Source of the DNA: Cyanobacteria bacterium J06626_4
GTDB lineage: Bacteria > Cyanobacteriota > Cyanobacteriia > Phormidesmidales > Phormidesmidaceae
Length of the DNA: 22,669 bases
Assembly: GCA_038523235.1 (NCBI GenBank)
Contig: JBCBJQ010000096.1
Location: 1-22,669 of the forward strand
Direction of reading: 5' to 3'
Position 1 is the stretch's first letter; each line of letters starts with the position of its first letter. This document shows positions 8,484 through 17,377 of the stretch, one piece after another. The notes beneath the pieces were generated by a model. That model saw only the letters and a list, made by a program, of their open reading frames with translations, had not been told where the DNA came from and searched no databases. The position numbers and the translations under genes were made by a program.

Positions 8484-8818
8484 TCCTCATTGGTGATATT
8501 TATGTCTCTGGCTGATAAGGCTACTGCAGCGATTGCCAACGGCGTGAGCAACACAGCGGAAACGGGAACGAGCACGCTGTAGCTGCGACTATGGGGATGA
8601 GATGTCTGTTGAGTTCTAGGCAGAATGAGCAATCCCCGCGATCGACTTGCCATCTGAGCCAAGTTGCTTAAACTTGAGTCAGTAATCTTTCCCAAAGGAT
8701 TGAGGCGGAAGTATCCGCAGTTTTTTTAGAGTTCAGTGGGATTGCCCGCATCATGAACCGGGCAATCGGGCACCATGGAAAGGACCCTTCTCATTGCCTT
8801 GCATCACCGCATTACTTG

Positions 8819-10561
8819 ATGAGCATGAAGCCAAGCAGCGCCCAATCATCGACAACTGAAAGAGCCTTAGCTGCCATCGTACTCACCGATGCAGTTAGCT
8901 TTAGCGCTCGGATGTCAGTCGATGAAGAGGGAACGCTGATGCTCATTCAGCGTGATTTAGAGCTGATTGCTGAACAATGTGAATGCTTCGGCGGCAAGGT
9001 CTTAAAGTCTACCGGTGACGGGCTGCTGATGTCTTTTTACAGTGCTGTACAGGCAGTACTGTGTAGTCAAGAAGTGCAAAAGCAGCTGGCCAAACTGGCT
9101 GAAAGTTCAGCCACGGGCGAGTCTCTGCAGCATCGGATTGGCGTGCACTTAGGGGATGTCTTATTCCGTCACCAGGACGTCCTTGGTAACGGCGTCAATA
9201 TTGCCGCGCGGCTGCAGGCCAAATCGGCCCCTGGGGGCGTCTGCATCTCACAAACGGTCTACGATGTGGTGAAGGCCCGCATCGATATTAATGCCACCTT
9301 CCTCGGTCCCCTGAAGCTGAAGAATATTCAAGAACCGGTGGCGGCGTTTCAAATTCCGCCTTTTGGGCAATCGGCGACGATGGTGGTGCCGCAATTAGCG
9401 GGGCAACCCGTGGTGGCTGACCTCTCGCCGTTAGCGATCGCGGCGGCGACCTTAGAGCAGGCACCGCAAATTCGCCGCATTAAAAAACTGATTTTTGGCA
9501 CCTATCAAGGTGTTTGGGAAAACGACGCTAAGGTGCTAATGCAATTTGATCTGCTGCCGCTGTTAAAGCAGCTGTATCAGCGCCATCGTACTCTGATTTC
9601 TCTGGAAAAGGCGCTGCAAACGATGGCCGCACGGCTCAATCACAAATCGGCATACCTCGCCGTGGCCGACACCATTTTGCAGGCCCTCGAACCCGTTTAC
9701 ACGGAAGCAGAAGATTCGGCCTCCGATGGGGAAGTGGCTTCGCGGTCTAGCTTGCGCGATCGCTATAACGAAATCGCCGAAACCCTGGCTCAGCAGACTG
9801 ACCGTTTGCGCATCAAGAAGCTGCTTTATGCCGTGATTCATACGGCTTGGGAAAATGATCAGGCCGTTTTGGCGCTGCACACGCTGGCCGATTTGGTCAC
9901 TGATGTTCACCAAATTGCCCCTTCTGAGGCCGACTTAAGCTACCACCTTGAGCGCATTATTAAACGGCTCAATCGCCACAATCACTATGCGCAGCTTGCC
10001 CTGATCATCAGCGAAGCCTTTCACCCGCTCTACGGTGCCCCCGTCGAGGCGGCTCCTATGGTGACCGAATTGTCTGCAGAACCCTTAGCAGACGGCCATA
10101 CAATGATGTTTGGCAGTGATAAGCCCATGATTGATGAAGGGTTGACTTCTCTCACTGGCTGGCAAAGCTCTGTCCTTTCGGACGGACAGACAAGCGTTCA
10201 CAGCAGCCAGCTCGCAATCGCGAACGTCTGCCCGATTGAGGGGCCTCAGGACGCAAAAATTCATGATCGAGCTAATCTCTATGCGCTGCGATTGGAGATC
10301 ATGCGGTACACCAATCCCCTACGGGCAAAGATCTTGCTGTTGTCAACGGTGCGCAGTCCTTTTACCGCAACGCCGCAAGACTGGCTGACGCTGAAGTCAA
10401 AATCGTTAGATGATTTGATTAAGACGACCTTTCAATACTGTCAAACTTTTTCTGATTTAGAAAGTAAGCTCACCATTATGTCTCACTGTGTTGGCAACGT
10501 CGGCGAGAATATTCAAGCAGCGGGGGCCATTTTGCAAGCGATGAAACCGTTCTATCCTTAG
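8819..10561 (+). CDS. Class III nucleotide (adenylate) cyclase with repeated C-terminal helical domains
   Basis: LAAIVLTDAVSFS (metal Asp), KSTGDG (substrate Lys plus metal Asp), RIGVHLGDV and DVLGNGVNIAARLQ (Asp, Asn, Arg). Start at ATG 8819 or 8825; 8753 is also possible. No transmembrane segment evident. Confidence 0.9.
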   Translation: MSMKPSSAQSSTTERALAAIVLTDAVSFSARMSVDEEGTLMLIQRDLELIAEQCECFGGKVLKSTGDGLLMSFYSAVQAVLCSQEVQKQLAKLAESSATGESLQHRIGVHLGDVLFRHQDVLGNGVNIAARLQAKSAPGGVCISQTVYDVVKARIDINATFLGPLKLKNIQEPVAAFQIPPFGQSATMVVPQLAGQPVVADLSPLAIAAATLEQAPQIRRIKKLIFGTYQGVWENDAKVLMQFDLLPLLKQLYQRHRTLISLEKALQTMAARLNHKSAYLAVADTILQALEPVYTEAEDSASDGEVASRSSLRDRYNEIAETLAQQTDRLRIKKLLYAVIHTAWENDQAVLALHTLADLVTDVHQIAPSEADLSYHLERIIKRLNRHNHYAQLALIISEAFHPLYGAPVEAAPMVTELSAEPLADGHTMMFGSDKPMIDEGLTSLTGWQSSVLSDGQTSVHSSQLAIANVCPIEGPQDAKIHDRANLYALRLEIMRYTNPLRAKILLLSTVRSPFTATPQDWLTLKSKSLDDLIKTTFQYCQTFSDLESKLTIMSHCVGNVGENIQAAGAILQAMKPFYP

Positions 10562-10629
10562 GGAAGGTGTCCATTAATCAGTAAGTCTCTCTCGGCTTAG
10601 CGCTCGGCGGCCTTAGTACTTTCCCCCTC

Positions 10630-11622
10630 ATGACCCCACAAGACTTTCTGGAATGTTACGCCTCAGGCAAGAGGAACTTTAAAGGGTTTTCCCTCGCCGG
10701 GATCGATCTTTCTAAAGCTGACATTATTGGCTCTAATCTACAGCTGGCCAATTTAGAAAATGCTATCTTCACGCTGGCTTATTTGACCCGCGTTAACTTT
10801 CGGCGGGCTAACTTAGCACGGGCCCAGTTGGCTGGGGCCAATCTTAACCAGGCCAATCTGACCCAAGCCAACCTGAGTGACGCGAATCTGCATGGGGCTA
10901 GCCTGCAGGGGGCGGATCTGCGCAGCGCGCAGCTACCGCTGGCCGATCTCATGGATGCCAATCTGATCGAAGCGGATCTGAGAAACGCCGACATGAGTGG
11001 TGCCAACTTGACGGGGGCCTGTTTGCGCGGGGCCAATTTCCGGCAAGAAGACCGCAAGTATATCGCCAATCTACGAGGAGCCAATCTGCGACAAGCTGAC
11101 CTCGAAGGGGCCAATTTGCGCGGAGCCGATTTGGCCTATGTCGATCTGAGCGAAGCTAACTTGGCAAATGTGAGCCTGCAGGGGGCTGATCTGCATGGTG
11201 CCAATCTGCAGGGGGCGTATCTGCAGAGTGCCAATCTGAGCGATGCGCTGATGGCAGACGCTAATCTTGAGCAAGCTGATCTGACGAATGTGCTCGCTAA
11301 TCGAGTGAATTTATCCCAGGCTCATCTTGATCAGGCTCTGCTGCACGATATTCGGCTCGCGGAAGCGCTGCTGGCCGAAACCTCAATGCAAGATGTGGTT
11401 TTGACCCGCGCGAATCTCAATCGGGCTGACCTCAGCCGCGCGAATCTGACTCGCGCTGATCTCACGGCGGCAACCTTGGTGGAAGCCTACTTAGGTCGCG
11501 CTAACCTCGGCCAGGCCGATTTGACTAACGCTGTCTTGGCCCGGGCCGAAATCAGCAGCGCGACCTTTATTGACACGGTGTTAACGGGGACGACGATGCC
11601 CGATGGCAGTGTGCACGCTTAG
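10630..11622 (+). CDS. Pentapeptide-repeat protein
   Basis: Almost entirely A(N/D)LXX repeats, with an N-terminal YASGKRNF cap and C-terminal MPDG cap typical of cyanobacterial members. Confidence 0.96.
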   Translation: MTPQDFLECYASGKRNFKGFSLAGIDLSKADIIGSNLQLANLENAIFTLAYLTRVNFRRANLARAQLAGANLNQANLTQANLSDANLHGASLQGADLRSAQLPLADLMDANLIEADLRNADMSGANLTGACLRGANFRQEDRKYIANLRGANLRQADLEGANLRGADLAYVDLSEANLANVSLQGADLHGANLQGAYLQSANLSDALMADANLEQADLTNVLANRVNLSQAHLDQALLHDIRLAEALLAETSMQDVVLTRANLNRADLSRANLTRADLTAATLVEAYLGRANLGQADLTNAVLARAEISSATFIDTVLTGTTMPDGSVHA

Positions 11623-11779
11623 GTTAGTGCGCCTAAAATAATGCCGCCGATCGCTAGTCGGGTGAGTATGGCCCGACCCGACCAACAATATGATCGTTGT
11701 AGGAGGTGCTGCGAGCAAACAGTGCTGAATATGAAATTGATCGCAGCACCGCAGAATTCGTCTCCTGGGGGCAGAGTAT

Positions 11780-12394
11780 ATGTTGACGACTCCGGAAAAA
11801 AGAGCCTTTTTCGATCGCTGGGCTCCCCATTACGACATCCTGCTGCCGTCGGTGTTTTATCAGGCGGTGCACATGCGCCTCTTAGATTCCGTGCAGTTGC
11901 CCGCGCCTGCAACAGTTCTAGACGTGGGCTGCGGTACGGGTAAACTTCTGCAGCGGCTAGCGGTGAACTTCCCGACCCTTAGGGGGACTGGGGTTGATTA
12001 CTCGGCGGCGATGTTGCGTCAGGCTCAGCAAAAATCACGTTACCGCGATCGCCTGCAATTTCTCAAAGCCGATGTGGTCTCGCTGCCGTTGGCTGATGCC
12101 ACCTGCGACGGCGTCTTTTGCGCTATCAGTTTTCTGCACTATGCCGAGCCCGAGCAAGCGCTGCGCTCGATTCGGCGGGTGCTAAAGCCTGGGGGCCGGT
12201 TCTTCTTAGCTGACTTTACGCCACTGCGCTGGGTCAGTGTGGAGCCGGTCGTCACTCACGTTGTGCCCGGTGGGGTGCGGTTCTACAGTGCTGAGGCGAG
12301 AGCGGCCCTGGGCCAAGCGGCTGGATTGCGGTGCGAACGGCATGCCTATCTGCTGGGGCCGGTGCTGCTCTCCCAGTTCGTGCGCCACGATTAG
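11780..12394 (+). CDS. Class I SAM-dependent methyltransferase
   Basis: Motif I VLDVGCGTG, GVDYSAAML, and RVLKPGGRF. Confidence 0.92.
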   Translation: MLTTPEKRAFFDRWAPHYDILLPSVFYQAVHMRLLDSVQLPAPATVLDVGCGTGKLLQRLAVNFPTLRGTGVDYSAAMLRQAQQKSRYRDRLQFLKADVVSLPLADATCDGVFCAISFLHYAEPEQALRSIRRVLKPGGRFFLADFTPLRWVSVEPVVTHVVPGGVRFYSAEARAALGQAAGLRCERHAYLLGPVLLSQFVRHD

Positions 12395-12539
12395 CTGCCC
12401 TCGATGGCGGCGTAGAACGGCCAACAGGTGGTGCAGGCGCGGCCTACAACCTTTGCTCTATGGGCATCACCTCTAGAGTGCAATGACAGGTCTAGCGAAC
12501 TTTTTCTATGATTATGAAGTCGCTAACTGTGGAAGTGTG

Positions 12540-13943
12540 ATGACTGCCCTCTCACCCCCTGATGCCCCTGTAGATGCCAACATCGCTCAGCTGTTGCTAT
12601 CGCAACGAGACTTTTTTGCGACTGGCGAAACCCAATCCATTGAGTTTCGGCGGCAGCAGTTAATCCGTCTCAAGGCCGCTATTTTAGAGCGTCAGACTGA
12701 GATTGTTGATGCGGTCAAAGCGGATCTGGGCCGCCCTGAATATGAAGGGTACTTTGAGATCGGGGTGCTAGACGAGCTGAGGTATGTGTTGAAACGATTT
12801 GCCCGCTGGGCCCAGCCGCGACGAGTGGGCTTGCCGCTGGCGCAGCTACCGGGCTCTGCCTGGGTGCAGCCAGACCCCCTAGGCGTGGTGCTCATCATCG
12901 GCCCTTGGAACTATCCCTTTCAACTGGTGATGTCGCCGCTAATGGGCGCGATCGCTGCCGGTAACTGTGCCCTCATCAAACCGTCTGAAATTGCCCCAGC
13001 CACCTCTCAGGTCGTTGCTGATCTGGTGAAGGCCACCTTTCCGTCCCATTATGTCGCTGTGGTAGAAGGCGGTGTAGAAACGGCTCAAACCCTACTCAAG
13101 CAAAAGTTTGACCATATCTTTTTTACCGGTGGTACCCGCATCGGTCAGATCGTGATGGCGGCAGCGGCGCAACAGCTCACGCCCGTCACGCTAGAACTGG
13201 GTGGCAAAAGTCCTTGCCTTGTCGATCGCGATGTCAACGTTGAAGTGGCTGCTAAGCGCATTGTCTGGGGCAAGTTTGTCAATGCCGGGCAAACCTGCGT
13301 CGCGCCTGACTATCTGCTGGTGCACGAAGACATCAAGGCTGAATTTCTGGTCGCCCTGCAAGCGGCACTGCAGGCGTTTTTTGGCGATCAACCCGCTCAC
13401 AGCCCCGACTTAGCTCGAATCGTCAGCGATCGCCAGTTTGATCGACTCACAGCGCTGATGGCTAATGAGTCGGTGTTGGTTGGCGGTGACACCGATCGTG
13501 CGAGCCGTTATATTGCCCCCACCCTGCTCGACGGGGTCAGTTGGGAAGCGCCGATTATGCAGGAGGAAATTTTTGGGCCGATCTTGCCGATTATCAGTTA
13601 TCGCGATGTTGAGACGGCGATCGCCCAAATCAATGCCCGTCCCAAACCGCTGGCCCTCTATCTGTTTACCCGCAATCAGGCCCTCCAAGCGCGGGTGCTG
13701 AGCGCGACCTCTTCGGGGGGAGTTTGTCTAAATGATGTTTTTCTGCAGGTCGCGATTTGGGGGCTGCCCTTTGGGGGCGTCGGCGACAGCGGCATCGGAG
13801 CCTATCATGGCAAAGCCAGCTTTGAGACGTTCTCTCACTTCAAGAGCGTGCTTAAAAAGCCCTTTTGGTTTGATCTCGCCTGGCGCTATGCGCCCTATGC
13901 CAATAAGCTCGGCTTTCTCAAGAAAGTCATTGGGATGTCTTAG
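12540..13943 (+). CDS. NAD(P)-dependent aldehyde dehydrogenase (ALDH3/fatty-aldehyde type)
   Basis: PWNYP, KPSE, FTGG, catalytic Glu in LELGGKSP, catalytic Cys in GQTCVAPDY, EEIFGP and PFGGVGDSG. ATG 12540 preferred over 12483. Confidence 0.95.
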   Translation: MTALSPPDAPVDANIAQLLLSQRDFFATGETQSIEFRRQQLIRLKAAILERQTEIVDAVKADLGRPEYEGYFEIGVLDELRYVLKRFARWAQPRRVGLPLAQLPGSAWVQPDPLGVVLIIGPWNYPFQLVMSPLMGAIAAGNCALIKPSEIAPATSQVVADLVKATFPSHYVAVVEGGVETAQTLLKQKFDHIFFTGGTRIGQIVMAAAAQQLTPVTLELGGKSPCLVDRDVNVEVAAKRIVWGKFVNAGQTCVAPDYLLVHEDIKAEFLVALQAALQAFFGDQPAHSPDLARIVSDRQFDRLTALMANESVLVGGDTDRASRYIAPTLLDGVSWEAPIMQEEIFGPILPIISYRDVETAIAQINARPKPLALYLFTRNQALQARVLSATSSGGVCLNDVFLQVAIWGLPFGGVGDSGIGAYHGKASFETFSHFKSVLKKPFWFDLAWRYAPYANKLGFLKKVIGMS

Positions 13944-13965
13944 ACGACAGTAGTGGTGAGAGTGC

Positions 13966-15480
13966 TCACGTTGGCGACAGAGAGACTGTGGCCGCTATGG
14001 CTGATGGCGAATTTCCGGTTTGTTGATGAGCCTCAAGAGATTCCGGTTGCCTGCCCAGAGGGAGGCTTTCAACCAGCATCAGCGGCAGCAAAATTTCAAA
14101 CTCGGTACCGGCGTTGGTGGATAGCGCGTTGGGCTCACAGGGCGATCGCAAAATCAAGTGGCCGCCATGTTTTTCGACCACGATCTGTTGAGTAATGGGT
14201 AAGCCTAAGCCGGTGCCATCGCCCACCGCCTTCGTGGTGAAGAAGTCTTCAAACACCCGCGATTGAATCTCGGGGGGAATGCCCGGGCCGTTGTCTCGAA
14301 TGCGAATTGATACCCAGGGAGAATCCTCTGCTGGGGCCACCTTGCGCTCCGCCATCGGCTGCATCCCAGCGGGGAGGCGATCGCATAGCTCCGTCACGAT
14401 AGTGATACAGGGCTCCCAAATAGCGACTGGGCTAAAGGTTGAGTCATCAGTGGCGATAAAGTTGAGCCGCGCCTCGGGGGGCAGCGAGGCTTCATGTTCC
14501 AACAGGGCATCAATGGCATTGCTGATGACGTTCATAAAAACCTGCCCAATTTGACCGCCATAGCAGGACACTTTGGGCAAATTGTCGGCATAGCGCCTTT
14601 GCACAACGACCCCTTCTTTAAGGCGGTTATTCAAAATTTGTAGCGTGCTATCGAGGCTGTGATGCAGGTCCAGAGGCTCACGTCTGATCTCATCCATCCG
14701 TGCAAACGTCCGCAGGCTGGTGACCAAATTGCGCAGGCGATCGGCCCCAGTTTCCATGCTTTGGATCACGTGGGGTAGATCGGTTAAAACAAACTCCAAG
14801 TCAATTTTTTTCTTTAGCTGACAGAGTTCTCGGCTGGGGTTGACGACTTCCTGATCAAACGCTCTGACCAGGGTCGCTAGCTCCTGTAAGTACTCAGCAA
14901 CGTAGTTGAGGTTGCCCCAAATAAAATTCACCGGATTGCGAATTTCGTGGGCCACCCCGGCCATCATCTTGCCGAGACTCGCCATTTTTTCTGTCTGCAT
15001 GATCTCAGCGCGCGTTTTTTCTTGCAAGAGCTGCGCCGTGACTTGATGAATCACTGACTGAGCCTGCAAGACATCCTGCATGTCGATCATGGCGTATTGC
15101 CGCGACTCGGCTGTATGACATTCCACGACGATGGGCTCATACAGCATTTCTGGCGGTCGCGCGATCGCCTGTTGAACTGCCGCCGTGATGGGCGTATGAC
15201 CTGGCAGTTTCAGGGTGTCCTGCACGACGAAACGGGACAAAACCGCGATCGGCCGCTTCAAAAACAGCTCTCGTCCGTAAGCCCGACTCATGGCTTCTAA
15301 GAATCGCCGCCGCGAAATCATGCCCCAAAATTCGCCTGTAGTCGTCAATAAAATAACGCCTGGCAGCAATGAGTTATTTTCTAAAACTTGATAAACGCTC
15401 CGGCCAAGACAATGCGCCTTAACCGCATACTGGTAGAGCTCTAAGTCTGCCAGTGTGGAATGGATCTGCAGCCCGGTCAT
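13966..15480 (-). CDS. Soluble two-component sensor histidine kinase
   Basis: H-box AHEIRNP, N-box QVFMNVISNAIDA, G1 DNGPGI, F-box FFTTK and G2 GTGLGL. The N-terminal domain is CBS-like (GVILL...GMISRRRF). Start uncertain (15480 or 15534). Confidence 0.93.
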   Translation of the reverse strand: MTGLQIHSTLADLELYQYAVKAHCLGRSVYQVLENNSLLPGVILLTTTGEFWGMISRRRFLEAMSRAYGRELFLKRPIAVLSRFVVQDTLKLPGHTPITAAVQQAIARPPEMLYEPIVVECHTAESRQYAMIDMQDVLQAQSVIHQVTAQLLQEKTRAEIMQTEKMASLGKMMAGVAHEIRNPVNFIWGNLNYVAEYLQELATLVRAFDQEVVNPSRELCQLKKKIDLEFVLTDLPHVIQSMETGADRLRNLVTSLRTFARMDEIRREPLDLHHSLDSTLQILNNRLKEGVVVQRRYADNLPKVSCYGGQIGQVFMNVISNAIDALLEHEASLPPEARLNFIATDDSTFSPVAIWEPCITIVTELCDRLPAGMQPMAERKVAPAEDSPWVSIRIRDNGPGIPPEIQSRVFEDFFTTKAVGDGTGLGLPITQQIVVEKHGGHLILRSPCEPNALSTNAGTEFEILLPLMLVESLPLGRQPESLEAHQQTGNSPSAIAATVSLSPT

Positions 15481-15680
15481 GATGCTCTCAAAATTGATGA
15501 TGCTATGAACGCAGATGCCCTGAGGATGCATCAATACAGGAGATTCGTATCGTTTAATACATCACGCTCTTTAAGCTACCATCACTTCTTAAAGAAGAGG
15601 TTATCGTCAACTTATCAAGGATTAAAGTTGACTCACTAAGGAGTGAGAATAGTTTCTGCGGCTGAGTTAGATCCGTGCAA

Positions 15681-16376
15681 TTACGCCTTCGACTGCGGTT
15701 CTTGATACACGCCAAACGCAGCAATAATACCGAGCACCAGGCCAATCAGGTGTCCCCACCAAGCGACCATCGGCTGCGTCGGCAATACGCCCCAAAGTGT
15801 CGCGCTGTAATTGATCAACACAAAGACAGAAATCAGCAGTGGGACAACGCGCCGTTCTAGCCAACCGATGACCAGTAGGTAGCCAAATAAGGTATACACC
15901 ACGCCACTGAGTCCATGAACACTGCTTGGGCCTAGCAGCCAGCTCACAACGCCACCCCCCAGCCAGCCAATGAGCAGAGTGATCCAATAATCGCGACGGC
16001 TTTTCGCTAAAATCAACCAGCTAAAAATAACGAATCCGATGGTGTTGCTGATCAAATGGACGAAGCCACTGTGGGAAACCGCCGACAAGAAAATTCCTGG
16101 AATGCCGTCTAGGCTGCGGGGATGTAAGGGCAGATTCCACTGGCCGTTAAAGAACACCTGGTCCACAATTTCCTGGGTCCAAGGAATGGCCACAATCCAC
16201 AATGGCAAGAAAAAATTAGCTTTTACCTGGGTCAAAAATCCCTGAGGCTTTTGCGGTTTAGGAGTCGATGACGAAGTTGCTGGCCGCTCTCTGGATGTTG
16301 GTGGTGCACCGGCTTCAACTTCTGCCATCAGACGCTGCATTTCTTCCTGCAATTCGCGATCGCTACGAGAGGCCAT
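15681..16376 (-). CDS. Rhomboid-family intramembrane serine protease
   Basis: HSGFVHLISN, catalytic GxS (HGLSG) and His (WWGHLIG), multiple hydrophobic helices, and a soluble N-terminal extension. Confidence 0.92.
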   Translation of the reverse strand: MASRSDRELQEEMQRLMAEVEAGAPPTSRERPATSSSTPKPQKPQGFLTQVKANFFLPLWIVAIPWTQEIVDQVFFNGQWNLPLHPRSLDGIPGIFLSAVSHSGFVHLISNTIGFVIFSWLILAKSRRDYWITLLIGWLGGGVVSWLLGPSSVHGLSGVVYTLFGYLLVIGWLERRVVPLLISVFVLINYSATLWGVLPTQPMVAWWGHLIGLVLGIIAAFGVYQEPQSKA

Positions 16377-16737
16377 AATCGCCACCCACTCCTTAAACTA
16401 TCTCTGAGCTGTTGGCTAAACAACGGAAATTTCTGGCCGACCCGTTGTCGGCAGACTATCGCTTTTGTGTCAGCTAGCAACGTTTCACCAGCTGCCTCGA
16501 ACGCCATCTGGCTAACGCTGGTGATCAGCGATTCCGTTGAGTCCGTATCTTCACCGCTACCCTAGCAAAGGCGCAGCTGGTTGATGGTCACTGGCAGGTG
16601 AGGATCTCCCCAGTCATGCTTAGCGGTTATTAAGCGATGACGCTGGTCAAAGTGCTTCAATCTCATTGGTCATTGTCACCACATCGACCGATTGGGGGCA
16701 TTCTTGGGCTCATTTGAAACGGGGGCGTTTGCAATCT

Positions 16738-17214
16738 TTAGCCAATATTGGCATTAGGGTCAACATACCCCTGCGACTCTTGAAGATGCGTTTGCACCAT
16801 CGCCTGAAACTCTTGTCTTTGGACTTCTGTGCCCTGTTTGAGATTGCCAGGAATGTCAAAGAAGATGATGCTATCAAGACTTTTGAGCGCCAACATTTGA
16901 AACAGAATGTGGGTCACTGGCGTCGGCAGCGCCATGATTTGCGGGTTTTTAGAGGTCTGCGGATCAGCGGCCGCATCCTGCAGGGTGGGAAAGGCGTAAA
17001 GCACATTTTTCCGGACGCTGGTCTGTTGTCGGTTGCTGAGGGTCGTCATGACCCAGCTTTGACTCAGGGTTTGCAAAATATAGTATTGAGGCTGCTTGAG
17101 CCGTTCGGCGATCGCGACTAACACGGGCGAAATCGCTTCTACGGTGGGGCCGGTGACGCCATCGTTTGGCGCATCTTGAATCAATGTCTGAATTTGTTGC
17201 TGTAGCTCATCCAT
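16738..17214 (-). CDS. Hypothetical protein (158 aa), probably conserved in cyanobacteria
   Basis: Protein-like composition, ATG start, and co-oriented with its neighbours. No recognised motif. Confidence 0.8.
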   Translation of the reverse strand: MDELQQQIQTLIQDAPNDGVTGPTVEAISPVLVAIAERLKQPQYYILQTLSQSWVMTTLSNRQQTSVRKNVLYAFPTLQDAAADPQTSKNPQIMALPTPVTHILFQMLALKSLDSIIFFDIPGNLKQGTEVQRQEFQAMVQTHLQESQGYVDPNANIG

Positions 17215-17377
17215 AGGGGCAGAGAATAGTGAAGGTCTGACAACGGCTCGATGACGGAGGCATCAGCGCTCGCGATCGCCCTTTACCGGGCTCGTCTATG
17301 CTATTACACTCCGTTCCTGGTCAGGGCAAAGTGGGTCGCCCATGCTGATTTTGCGCGAGTCGCTGAGTGAGTCATCT

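Noticed and set aside
10779..11274. Antisense repetitive ORFs over the pentapeptide gene and other shadow ORFs (e.g. 1028-1429, 6669-7124, 16666-17121)
   Set aside because: These are by-products of GC-rich or repetitive coding on the opposite strand, with no independent motifs.
11619..11943. Short ORFs between the pentapeptide and methyltransferase genes
   Set aside because: They overlap the methyltransferase substantially and have non-protein-like composition.
15585..15630. Pho box upstream of the histidine kinase
   Set aside because: TAA cores on the minus strand are spaced 10, 11 and 12 bp with several mismatches, too weak for the 11-bp SphR repeat.
16386..16737. Possible ncRNA in the 350-bp intergenic region
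   Set aside because: Only short scattered inverted repeats are present, with no recognisable RNA family, promoter or terminator pair.
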